Below are positions 1 to 11,272 of a stretch of 64,000 nt of DNA, piece after piece; position 1 is the stretch's first letter; every line of letters starts with the position of its first letter. Origin of the DNA: Poseidonia sp. (GTDB lineage: Archaea > Thermoplasmatota > Poseidoniia > Poseidoniales > Poseidoniaceae); the NCBI GenBank assembly GCA_965661285.1, contig CBFIDD010000001.1, positions 372,852 through 436,851 on the forward strand, in the 5' to 3' direction. The position numbers and the translations under genes are program-made. Under the pieces are notes generated by a model that saw only the letters and a list, made by a program, of their open reading frames with translations, had not been told where the DNA came from and searched no databases.

Positions 1-1
1 G

Positions 2-640
<639 letters not shown>

Positions 641-698
641 AAAGACCTTCAACAGCCTCAAGCGCTTGCCTTATGGGGAAGCGACCGGTGGATGAACC

Positions 699-2291
699 AT
701 GAGCGAAGTCCCCATTCTCAAGGAGACCACGCGCTCAACAGGGCGTGAAGCGCTTCGAAACAACATCGCCGCCGCCATGGCACTGGCAGGCGCTGTTCGC
801 AGCACGCTGGGTCCGCTCGGTCAAGACAAATTGCTCATCGACGATGAAGGCCGCACCATGGTCACCAACGACGGGGTCACCGTTCTCGAGTCGGCCAAGG
901 TGGAACACCCCGTAGCCAACATGCTCATCAACGCTTCAACCACCCAAGACCGCATCGCCCGAGACGGAACGACCAGCGCCGTCTTGCTGTCGGCTGAACT
1001 TCTGCAAAACGCTTGGGAACTCGTCCTTCAGGGCATCCACCCTTCGGCCATCGCACGAGGGTACCGTCAAGCCGAAGAAGCCTGCAGGACGCACTTTGAA
1101 CACCTCGTTATCGAAGCCACCGACGACCACATGTTGGCTGCAGCCACCACATCACTTTCGGGGAAAATTCACCAAGCGATGCAGCACCACCTATCCGCTC
1201 TCGCCGTTACAGCCGCCCAAGCGGTGGTCGAACAACGGCCGTCTGGCCCCGTCGCCGACCCCACCCGAGTGAAAATTCTGACCCAAACGGGTGGGAGCAT
1301 GGCCGATTCCTCCCTTGTCACCGGACTCGTTCTGGCCAAGAAACGCATTTCAGATCGCATGCCAAAGCAACTTTCCTCCGGCAAAATCGCCCTGGTCGAT
1401 GGAGGCTTGGAGCGACGTGAACTGATGAGCAACGTCAAACTCAACGTGTCCAATACCGGCGTCCTCGAAGGTTTTCGCCAAAAAGAGAGGGCCGTCTTGT
1501 TAGAGCAGATCAATCACCTTGTGGACCTCGGCGTGACGCTCCTCGCTTGCAAAGAAGGGATTGATGACGACCTCCACGCTGCACTGACCGAAGCAGGCAT
1601 CCAAGCCTATCGTCGCGTCTCGCGAGCAGATCTTGACCTGCTGGCCCGTGGCACCAACGCCACACTCAACAAGGACATCAAAGGCCTCACATCGGACGAC
1701 ATCGGGGTCTTCATTCAAAGCCGAAACGAACGATGGAACGGCGTCATGCATTGGATTGTTGAAACCGAAGAGGGGGGAGCGACCTTCATCGCCAAAGGGT
1801 CCACCAACGAAACGGTGGGAGAAGTCGAGCGATGCTTTGCTGATGCCTTGGGCGTCGCCTGTCAATTGCTGGAAGAACCCGTTCTTTTACCGGGCGGTGG
1901 TGCAACACAAATCGCCCTTGCTCGACACCTGCGTCGCTTTGCAGAGGGCTTTGCGGGGCGGGAACAACTGGCGATTGAAGCCTTTGCTGATGCGCTTGAA
2001 ATCATCCCCCGAACACTGGCACAAAACGCCGGATTGGACCCGCTTGACACGTTGCTTCAAACCGTCGCTCAGCAGACGACCGATGGAGGAGAAAACGCTC
2101 ACTTCATCGGTCTAAATGTCGAGAAGAAACACCCTGCCAATATGGTCGAAGACGGCGTTGTCGAACCGCTCCGCATCACGCGCCAAGTCCTTGCCGGTGC
2201 AACGGAAGCGGCGTTGTCCGTTCTGAGAATCGACGATGTGTTGTGGGCCAAACAAGACCCTACGGTCCCAGAAATTGATAGTGAGGATTGA
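699..2291 (+). CDS. Group II chaperonin (thermosome) subunit, divergent paralog
   Basis: STLGPLGQDKLL, VTNDGVTVL, EHPVA, RDGTTS (normally GDGTT), PGGGA, FADALEIIP, VVEP, LRIDD; 530 aa. Confidence 0.92.
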   Translation: MSEVPILKETTRSTGREALRNNIAAAMALAGAVRSTLGPLGQDKLLIDDEGRTMVTNDGVTVLESAKVEHPVANMLINASTTQDRIARDGTTSAVLLSAELLQNAWELVLQGIHPSAIARGYRQAEEACRTHFEHLVIEATDDHMLAAATTSLSGKIHQAMQHHLSALAVTAAQAVVEQRPSGPVADPTRVKILTQTGGSMADSSLVTGLVLAKKRISDRMPKQLSSGKIALVDGGLERRELMSNVKLNVSNTGVLEGFRQKERAVLLEQINHLVDLGVTLLACKEGIDDDLHAALTEAGIQAYRRVSRADLDLLARGTNATLNKDIKGLTSDDIGVFIQSRNERWNGVMHWIVETEEGGATFIAKGSTNETVGEVERCFADALGVACQLLEEPVLLPGGGATQIALARHLRRFAEGFAGREQLAIEAFADALEIIPRTLAQNAGLDPLDTLLQTVAQQTTDGGENAHFIGLNVEKKHPANMVEDGVVEPLRITRQVLAGATEAALSVLRIDDVLWAKQDPTVPEIDSED

Positions 2292-2319
2292 GAAAAAGTA
2301 CCTTGGCTGAAACCAGCCC

Positions 2320-2327
2320 TTGATATA
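2320..2327 (+). promoter_or_regulatory. Putative archaeal TATA box
   Basis: TTGATATA about 25 nt upstream of the GTG start at 2349, consistent with a leaderless transcript. Confidence 0.4.
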
Positions 2328-2348
2328 GCGGATGACTGAGGGCTGACG

Positions 2349-3920
2349 GTGCCCCCTCAAGATGAAAACCCCGTTGGCATTGATGATATCGCCATCCATT
2401 TTCCTCGTCTCTACATGGACATGAGGGACTTTGCAGACCTTCGTGGAGCAGACTACGGCAAACTGAACAAAGGGCTCGGCCTCGAAGCCATGGCCATCCC
2501 TGACGTGCATGAAGACACGGCCACCATGGGCGCCATGGCCGTGATGCAACTCATCGACCGCAATGGATTGGACCCTCGCACCATCGGACGCATGTACTTG
2601 GGAACCGAGTCGGCTCTTGACGGGGCAAAACCAACGGCCACCTACATCGTCGACATGTTAACGCAACGCTATGCTAAACGCTTCGGAGAAGACTGTTTCC
2701 AGACGTGTGACGTGGTCGACATGACCTTTGCTTGCATCGGTGCCGTCGATGCGCTCCACACCACGCTTGACTGGGTGGCCCGTTCAAACGAAAACGACGA
2801 GCGAATCGGTATCGTCATCTTCTCTGACAACGCAAAATACGCGCTCGAATCCTCCGGTGAATACACCCAAGGAGCGGGCGGCGGCGCCCTCTTGATTCGC
2901 CGAAATCCCAGGCTTCTTGAAATCCCTGACTGCATCGGTGTTTCAACCACACCGGTTCATGATTTCTTCAAACCCCGCCGGGAAGTCTCGATACGCTCGG
3001 TCATTTCCAATGTCATGCAGCTTGCCCAAGAAGCGGGTCAAACGGTCAAAAAGGGCCTTATTGAACGCATGATCCGCCATCTTCCAAAATCCACGGTTCG
3101 GAAACTTGGTATTTTTGCCCACGGCGAGGAAAAGGTCAGTGTCCATCGAGACGACCCTGTCTTTGACGGCCAGTTCTCCAACCGTTGCTACCAGAACGCA
3201 GTCCGACAGGCTTTCTACGATTTCAGTCAGAAAGCCGAGCGAGGTGGGCGCATCAACCCAAAGACCGATGAGCCGTTCACCGAGCAGTGGTCTCGCATCA
3301 TCATGCACCTCCCCTACGCCTACCAAGCCAAGCGCATGTTCCCCGACGTGTTCCGCCATGACCGAGAACACACGGCGATGTGGGAGGACGTGGTTGCCGC
3401 CATTGGGCCCATGCCCGAACAGCCAGAATTGAAGAGCAGTGCGGCTTTGGAAACATGGGAAAAAGAGAAGGATGCCTACCGACGCATGATTTCCAAAACA
3501 CCGCAGTATGCCGAATTCCACGCTGCACGCATCGAAAAAGGGCAGCGGGCGAGCAGCCTGATTGGAAACCAATACACGGGTTCAATCTTCCTTGCCTTGA
3601 TGTCCACTTTCGAATCCGACCTCGAAGACAATTCCAACCTAGACAACATGCTGTTTGGTATGTGCGGGTACGGCTCGGGAGCCAAGGCGAAGGTGTTTGA
3701 AGGAAAGGTGAACCCCCGCTGGCGAGAAGTCGTGGCCACCTGGCGTCTGTTTGAACGCCTTGCTGGACGCATGGCCATCGACCACGTCACCTACGAAAAT
3801 CTCCACAAAGGCACCCAAGACAGCAGCGTCATCGAGCCCAAGGGCGAATTTGCGCTGGTCGATATCGGAGAAGAAGGTGTGGACGAGGGCGCTCGTCGCT
3901 ACCGATGGATCAAGGCCTGA
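2349..3920 (+). CDS. Hydroxymethylglutaryl-CoA synthase (bacterial-like, with insertion)
   Basis: VGIDDI, GTESALD (catalytic Glu), FACIGA (catalytic Cys), GEYTQGAG, HDFFKP, MHLPY (His), GNQYTGS, GYGSG. Confidence 0.88.
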   Translation: MPPQDENPVGIDDIAIHFPRLYMDMRDFADLRGADYGKLNKGLGLEAMAIPDVHEDTATMGAMAVMQLIDRNGLDPRTIGRMYLGTESALDGAKPTATYIVDMLTQRYAKRFGEDCFQTCDVVDMTFACIGAVDALHTTLDWVARSNENDERIGIVIFSDNAKYALESSGEYTQGAGGGALLIRRNPRLLEIPDCIGVSTTPVHDFFKPRREVSIRSVISNVMQLAQEAGQTVKKGLIERMIRHLPKSTVRKLGIFAHGEEKVSVHRDDPVFDGQFSNRCYQNAVRQAFYDFSQKAERGGRINPKTDEPFTEQWSRIIMHLPYAYQAKRMFPDVFRHDREHTAMWEDVVAAIGPMPEQPELKSSAALETWEKEKDAYRRMISKTPQYAEFHAARIEKGQRASSLIGNQYTGSIFLALMSTFESDLEDNSNLDNMLFGMCGYGSGAKAKVFEGKVNPRWREVVATWRLFERLAGRMAIDHVTYENLHKGTQDSSVIEPKGEFALVDIGEEGVDEGARRYRWIKA

Positions 3921-3923
3921 CCA

Positions 3924-4976
3924 TCAGAAATCCAGAACGACCTTGCCGCAGTTGCCTCTCATCGCCAACTGCACGGCGTCTTCAAACGCATCAATGCCCA
4001 TACGATGCGTGAGAACCTTGTCGACATCAATGGCACCTCGCCCGAGAAGATCGTGCATGGTTTCCCATGTTGACCACATTTTCCGGCCGTTGATACCTTT
4101 GAGGTGAAGATAGCGGAACACCACCTCGTTCATTGGGACCTCGGGCATGGATTGGCCATACACGGAAAGAATGTTCACGTAACCGCCCATTCGAGTGGAA
4201 TGGATGGCGTTTGAGAGCGCCGAAGCCGCCCCTGAAAATTCGCAGCTGTTGTCCACGCCCCGGCCCTCGGTCGCCTCGAGGATAGAAGCGACCACGTCGT
4301 CGTCCTTCCCGAGGACGAGGTCGGCGCCAAGTTCCTTGGCGAGGTTCATTCGGTAGGCGTTGTCCCAATCCACCGCAATGACAAGGCTGGCGCCCATGGC
4401 CTTTGCGGCGTTAACGGCGAACAAGCCGATCGGACCCAACCCGTGCACCGCCACCGTCGCCCCATCAACCGGCCCACCGGTCAACGTATGGATGGCGTTT
4501 CCAAGCGGGTCTTGGATAGAGGCATGGCCGGGGTCAAGACCTTCAGGAACATGTCGCGCGTTGACGGCTGGAATCACGAAAAAAGGAGCGAACGCCCCGT
4601 TTCCGTGAACGCCGAAAATAGAGCCGTTCTCACACACATGAGCGTTCCCTTCGTCGCAACGAGGGCAGTCCCAACAAGCCAAATGGCATTCAATGGCCAC
4701 ATGGTCGCCCAAGGCGTGGGTGGAGACACCGTCGCCCAAGGCCACAATCCGGCCGCTCGTCTCGTGCCCGGTCACGGTTCCCAACGGGACATTGGCTCGG
4801 CTCCATTCGTCCCACTTCCAGATGTGAAGGTCCGTCCCGCACACGGAGGTTGACTGTGTTTGAACAAGCACTTCTCCCGGACCAGGGCTCGGCACGGTGT
4901 GCTCTTCGAGCGTGAACCCTCCGACCTCTGGACATGTTTTTGTCCACGCCATCATGGTCGTCGGTACCTCGCTCAT
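3924..4976 (-). CDS. tdh: L-threonine 3-dehydrogenase (Zn-dependent MDR)
   Basis: CGTDLHIWKWDEW, GHE, structural Zn motif C-x2-C-x2-C-x7-C, DPLGNAIHT, GLGPIG, GINGRKMWSTW, CGKVVL. Confidence 0.9.
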   Translation of the reverse strand: MSEVPTTMMAWTKTCPEVGGFTLEEHTVPSPGPGEVLVQTQSTSVCGTDLHIWKWDEWSRANVPLGTVTGHETSGRIVALGDGVSTHALGDHVAIECHLACWDCPRCDEGNAHVCENGSIFGVHGNGAFAPFFVIPAVNARHVPEGLDPGHASIQDPLGNAIHTLTGGPVDGATVAVHGLGPIGLFAVNAAKAMGASLVIAVDWDNAYRMNLAKELGADLVLGKDDDVVASILEATEGRGVDNSCEFSGAASALSNAIHSTRMGGYVNILSVYGQSMPEVPMNEVVFRYLHLKGINGRKMWSTWETMHDLLGRGAIDVDKVLTHRMGIDAFEDAVQLAMRGNCGKVVLDF

Positions 4977-5090
4977 CCCTCGCCCTCGTGATGGTCTTCC
5001 TTGGGCACCTTTTCATCCTTCGGTCATCTCAGTTTGAGGCGCGATTGTGGAACTTGTTCGGTATGTTGATTAGGTAGGCGCGAGGCCTAA

Positions 5091-6734
<1,644 letters not shown>

Positions 6735-6739
6735 TGCGT

Positions 6740-7456
6740 TCAATCGGCTTTTTCCTTCACCCAGCCATCCACCAGTTGTGGAAGGAGTTCCCCTGCTTTA
6801 CCCAAATGAATCTCATCAAAGGCATCCACGTTCATCGGTGCCTCGGCATTCACCAATACGGTATGCGCCCCGTTGGCTCGAGCGATGTGGACGAGGTCGG
6901 CAGCAGGGTAGACATGGCCTGAACTGCCCACCACAATGAACACCTTGCAGGCATCAACCGCGGCATAAATCTCCGCCATGAACATCGGTTGTTCACCAAA
7001 CCATACGATATCGGGGCGAACGCGCTGAGGCTCCGCACAGCAGGTGCAGGTGAGAAAATCATCGCCGAGGTCGCTGTCCTCCATGCGAACCTCGCTGCGC
7101 CCGCTGACTTCACAGCGTAGGGTTTGCAATTGCCCGTGCATGTGAATGACATCCTCGCTGCCACCTCGTTCGTGCAAATCGTCGACGTTTTGCGTGATGA
7201 GAAGCACGTGGTCCAAGCCTTGTTCCAACGCTGCCAGTGCGACATGGGCCGGATTCGGTTCCACCTCGTTCAATTGACGGCGGCGGGCCTGGTAGAACCT
7301 CCAAACCAATTCGGGGTCGGCACGCCATGCTTGTGGGGTCGCGACGTCTTCGATGCGGTGCTCGTCCCACAAGCCGTCGTTATCCCTGAAGGTTCGAATC
7401 CCCGATTCCGCCGATACACCTGCGCCTGTCAGCACCACCACACGTTTTCCTTGCAT
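6740..7456 (-). CDS. cobB: NAD-dependent protein deacylase (sirtuin, CobB/class III)
   Basis: LTGAGVSAESGIRTFRD, VWRFYQARR (Tyr/Arg succinyl-pocket motif), PNPAH, TQNVDDLHE, HMHG, RPDIVWFGE, VGSSGHVYPAA; start could be 7456-7465. Confidence 0.93.
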   Translation of the reverse strand: MQGKRVVVLTGAGVSAESGIRTFRDNDGLWDEHRIEDVATPQAWRADPELVWRFYQARRRQLNEVEPNPAHVALAALEQGLDHVLLITQNVDDLHERGGSEDVIHMHGQLQTLRCEVSGRSEVRMEDSDLGDDFLTCTCCAEPQRVRPDIVWFGEQPMFMAEIYAAVDACKVFIVVGSSGHVYPAADLVHIARANGAHTVLVNAEAPMNVDAFDEIHLGKAGELLPQLVDGWVKEKAD

Positions 7457-7549
7457 GACCATCACACCGTGTTGAGAATATCTGAACCAAACATGAGGGC
7501 TTCATGGTGCGAATTTTTCACAAAATCGGCCGAGATCACGAAACGAGGT

Positions 7550-8734
7550 TCACAGTTCTGCGACACGAATGAGACGCGTCGTCCGGAAACCCTGCAGGAT
7601 TTTGATGAACCGCTTGGCTTGGAACTCAGCGTCGAGGTGCTCGTCTCCGGTGTCAATACGGACGGCATCGAGGCCGATCAGCTTTGACGGCGTGGCCACC
7701 CCGAGGATGTTTCCGTGTCCAATGCGCCGAAGCACCTCGGGAGAAAGCTGCAGATTCCCACGTCCGATGAGGAAGCCCTGTCCGCCCATGGGGGAGAGAA
7801 GTAGGAGAAGAGGGCGCTGCCCGTCTTCGTTTTCATGTCCGCCGATCACCTCGAGAAGACCGTCTTCGTTGAGGTCCTGATGCAGCGTATCGCCGTGTTG
7901 AACGTCAATACCGAGGAGGGTCAAGTCCTGATCCAGATGCTCACCCATGCGTCGTAGCGTGCCGCCGCTGCCCCACACAACCATCAAATCAGGTTCATCC
8001 TCAAGGAGACTCGAAACGTGGTGTGCCAATCCTTCAATCGTGTCTTCTTCACTGACACGTTCGACCTGTTCCTTGGCACCTTGCATGAAGCGCGGAGAGG
8101 AAGGCGTCCAGGCCTCACCGTACATTCGCACTTTCCATTCCCCTTTGGCGTAGACCGTCTCGTCAAGGTCCATGACCTCGGTGATGGCCGTGCGCAAATC
8201 GCCCAGGGCAAAGGAAAGCACAACCTCTGCTGCCGCCTTTGGCGTCGTGGCAAAACAGCCCGAATGCATTTTCACGCCACCGGGTACACCGATGAGGGCG
8301 ATTTTTTGGGCCTCTGCGCCCATGGTTTCGAGGGTGTTGACGATGTCGCGAGTGGTTCCATCGCCACCGGCGTAGACCAAGGCCTCCACCCCACCCTCTA
8401 CCAAATCACGAACAAGGCTTGCCGTATCTTCGGGTGATGTGGTTGAAGGCGTTTGCCCGAGAACGTCGACCGAAAACGGGGCATCATCGCTGAATTCGGG
8501 CAACCATGTCCCGCCCATGCGACCCTCCCAAACCAGCAGGTCGAGTGTGACATCACTTCGATTCAAGGAGGACGATGCGAGGGCAACGAGATGTTCAAGG
8601 CATTGTTGCATGCGAGGGCCAGCACGATCTACGGCACCCGCCGCCCGCGCCTCCTCGGCACGACCGTCGCTGCCTTTGAAGCCCAATTTACCCCCTAAAC
8701 CTGCGTCGGGGTTGACTACGATGCCAAGGCGCAT
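7550..8734 (-). CDS. ATP-NAD kinase family protein (COG3199-like)
   Basis: MRLGIVVNPDAGLGG..KGSDG, AGGDGTTRD, GVPGGVKMHSG, MGGQGFLIGRGNLQLS, IDTGD; start reassigned to the ATG at 8734. Confidence 0.85.
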   Translation of the reverse strand: MRLGIVVNPDAGLGGKLGFKGSDGRAEEARAAGAVDRAGPRMQQCLEHLVALASSSLNRSDVTLDLLVWEGRMGGTWLPEFSDDAPFSVDVLGQTPSTTSPEDTASLVRDLVEGGVEALVYAGGDGTTRDIVNTLETMGAEAQKIALIGVPGGVKMHSGCFATTPKAAAEVVLSFALGDLRTAITEVMDLDETVYAKGEWKVRMYGEAWTPSSPRFMQGAKEQVERVSEEDTIEGLAHHVSSLLEDEPDLMVVWGSGGTLRRMGEHLDQDLTLLGIDVQHGDTLHQDLNEDGLLEVIGGHENEDGQRPLLLLLSPMGGQGFLIGRGNLQLSPEVLRRIGHGNILGVATPSKLIGLDAVRIDTGDEHLDAEFQAKRFIKILQGFRTTRLIRVAEL

Positions 8735-8842
8735 GGCGATGCGTGGCGGCCCCCCCTCAAATAGACCTGCATGCTCACACTTCACACCCTTCATGGTCCA
8801 AACCACCCGAGCCTTCATGTGCATGAGGCGGGATGGAACATC

Positions 8843-9160
8843 ATGAAACGAGCCCCGGCGGACAGGCCCAACCTCGATGATGTGCTCGCACGAGATTTCG
8901 CAGAACTCAAGGTCGGAGAAGCCAACATCACGACCGAAGAAACGCCTGCCGTAGAGAAAAAAACAGCCCCCGAAGTCGCGCAGGCCCCCAGTACCCCGAA
9001 GGTCTACAACCAACGCATCGATGCCGTTGAGGACCGAGAAGCGTTCGTGGTGCGTGCTCCTGCATCAGAAGCACCCGCTGAGAAAACGGAACGCCCCGAG
9101 CGAACGGTGCTTAAAGCCCCCTCAACACAACCAGGCGATGACTTTGACGTGGACTGGTAG
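8843..9160 (+). CDS. Small disordered hypothetical protein with acidic C-terminus
   Basis: 105-aa ORF filling the gap, P/E/A/T-rich, ends GDDFDVDW; codon usage resembles neighbouring genes. Confidence 0.6.
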   Translation: MKRAPADRPNLDDVLARDFAELKVGEANITTEETPAVEKKTAPEVAQAPSTPKVYNQRIDAVEDREAFVVRAPASEAPAEKTERPERTVLKAPSTQPGDDFDVDW

Positions 9161-9241
9161 AACCCTCCGCAAGGGCGCGGAGAGAGCGCGGGATTCATAG
9201 CGAAGATTCAACCCCGTAGGGGCTGAGGAGACTTCGAAATC

Positions 9242-11266
9242 ATGAGCATGATTCACATCACGCTGCCGGATGGAACCGTGAATGAGTATGCAGCAGGCAT
9301 CTCCTGTGGCGAAGTCATCACCGACGCCATGGGCAAGAAACACGGATGCATTGCAGCGAAGGTTGACGGTTCCGAATGCGATTTGTCCAAGATTCTGGAC
9401 ATCAACTGCTCGGTTGAAGGCATTCCTGCCGACTCGGATGAAGGAATCCACATCCTGCGCCATTCTGCAGCCCACCTTCTTGCGCAGGCCGTGATGGAAC
9501 TCTATCCGGGCGCTTTGCCAACCATCGGGCCGGCCATCGACCGTGGATTCTACTACGATTTCGCCATGGAACCCATCACGCAGGGCGACCTCAAGGCCAT
9601 TGAGAAGAAAATGCACGAATTGGCTCGGCGCAACCTCAGCGTGGAACGTGTTGAACTGGACCAAACCACCCTGCGAGAGCACTTTGAAAGCAACCCGTAT
9701 AAGTTGGAAATCATCGATGATAAACTCGAGGCGGGCGACGGTTCAACCATCTACAAACAAGGCGAGTGGTACGACCTTTGCCTTGGACCGCACGTTCCGA
9801 GCACTGCGAAACTGATGTTCGTGCGTTTGACCTCGGTGTCGACCGCCTACTGGCGCGGCGACCAGGAACGAGAACAGTTGGTTCGAATTTACGGGCTTGT
9901 GGAGCCGTCCAAGCAAGCGCTGAAAGCTACCCTCACGCGCATTGAGGAAGCCAAAAAGCGAGACCATCGAAAACTTGGCAAGGACTTGCAGCTGTTTCAC
10001 ATCGACGAAGAAGTCGGCCAAGGGCTCATTCTCTGGACGCCTCGTGGAGCCGTGGTTCGTCAAGAACTGCAGGATTTCATCTCCCATCACCTTCGCCGCC
10101 AAGGGTATTCCCAGGTGTTCACACCCCACATCGGGAAGTTGGACTTATACAGGACATCCGGTCATTTCCCCTACTACCAAGATTCGCAATACCCGCCCAT
10201 CATCGAGCGGGACTTGATGAAGAGCTTGGCCGACGAAGGGTGCACCTGCGGCGACCTGTCGAACATGATGAAATCCGGTGAAATTGACGGCTACATGCTC
10301 AAACCGATGAACTGCCCTCATCACGTGAAAATCTACGCCAGTCAACCGCGTTCCTATCGGAACCTGCCCCTTCGGCTCGCTGAATTTGGAACCGTTTACC
10401 GGTGGGAGCAATCGGGGGAAATCTCGGGCATGACACGAGTTCGAGGCTTCACCCAAGACGATGCACACCTGTTTGTGACCGAAGAACAACTCGCTCAGGA
10501 AGTGCTCGGTTGCATTGAGTTGGTCCAGATCATCTTTGACAAACTCGGTATGGAAGAGTACCGGGTTCGCGTTGGTCTTCGAGACCCGGATTCAACAAAA
10601 TATGTGGGCGACCCAAAGCGCTGGGACAAGGCCGAGGAGGCCTGTCGGGCGGCAGCAGAATCGCTTGGCGTTCCTTGGTCTGAAGAGCATGGAGAAGCGG
10701 CCTTCTACGGACCGAAAATTGACTTCGTCGTGAAGGATGTCATCGGCCGAGAATGGCAACTTGGGACGGTACAAGTGGACTACAACCTTCCTGAGCGGTT
10801 CGATTTGACCTACAAGGGCAGCGATGGCGAACTCCACCGGCCGGTGATGATTCACCGCGCTCCGTTCGGATCGATGGAACGGTTCTGTGGCGTGCTCATC
10901 GAACACTTCGCCGGCCGGTTTCCAACCTGGCTCACCCCAACGCAGTGCCATGTCATCACGATTCGAGAGGAGCACAAGGCCTATGCCGCCAAGGTCGCCG
11001 ATGCGCTTCGAGCAGAGGACGTGCGCGTGGAGGTTGACGACTCCGGCAACAACATCATGAAGAAAATTCGTAACCATCGCAAATTGCAACCCGCCTACCT
11101 CATCATCCTCGGTGATGATGAAATGGGCAACAACACCGTGAGTCTGCGCGCCCGAAACGGCGACCAAATCGCTGGGATACCCCTGGAAAACTTCGTGGCT
11201 GACATCAAAAACGAAATCGACGAAAAGGTGAGTCAGCCATCGCTTGTCCCGCCGACAACAGAGTGA
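9242..11266 (+). CDS. thrS: Threonine--tRNA ligase, bacterial type (TGS + editing + catalytic + anticodon domains)
   Basis: ITLPDG, RHSAAHLL, GFYYDF, DLCLGPHV, RDHRKLGK, KPMNCPHH, RVRGFTQDDAH, AAFYGPKID, MIHRAPFGSMERF. Confidence 0.98.
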   Translation: MSMIHITLPDGTVNEYAAGISCGEVITDAMGKKHGCIAAKVDGSECDLSKILDINCSVEGIPADSDEGIHILRHSAAHLLAQAVMELYPGALPTIGPAIDRGFYYDFAMEPITQGDLKAIEKKMHELARRNLSVERVELDQTTLREHFESNPYKLEIIDDKLEAGDGSTIYKQGEWYDLCLGPHVPSTAKLMFVRLTSVSTAYWRGDQEREQLVRIYGLVEPSKQALKATLTRIEEAKKRDHRKLGKDLQLFHIDEEVGQGLILWTPRGAVVRQELQDFISHHLRRQGYSQVFTPHIGKLDLYRTSGHFPYYQDSQYPPIIERDLMKSLADEGCTCGDLSNMMKSGEIDGYMLKPMNCPHHVKIYASQPRSYRNLPLRLAEFGTVYRWEQSGEISGMTRVRGFTQDDAHLFVTEEQLAQEVLGCIELVQIIFDKLGMEEYRVRVGLRDPDSTKYVGDPKRWDKAEEACRAAAESLGVPWSEEHGEAAFYGPKIDFVVKDVIGREWQLGTVQVDYNLPERFDLTYKGSDGELHRPVMIHRAPFGSMERFCGVLIEHFAGRFPTWLTPTQCHVITIREEHKAYAAKVADALRAEDVRVEVDDSGNNIMKKIRNHRKLQPAYLIILGDDEMGNNTVSLRARNGDQIAGIPLENFVADIKNEIDEKVSQPSLVPPTTE

Positions 11267-11272
11267 TCGACA

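Noticed and set aside
8735-9013. N-terminal 93 aa of the 487-aa kinase ORF
   Set aside because: The family motif begins at MRLGIVVNP, and the extension overlaps the divergent small gene.
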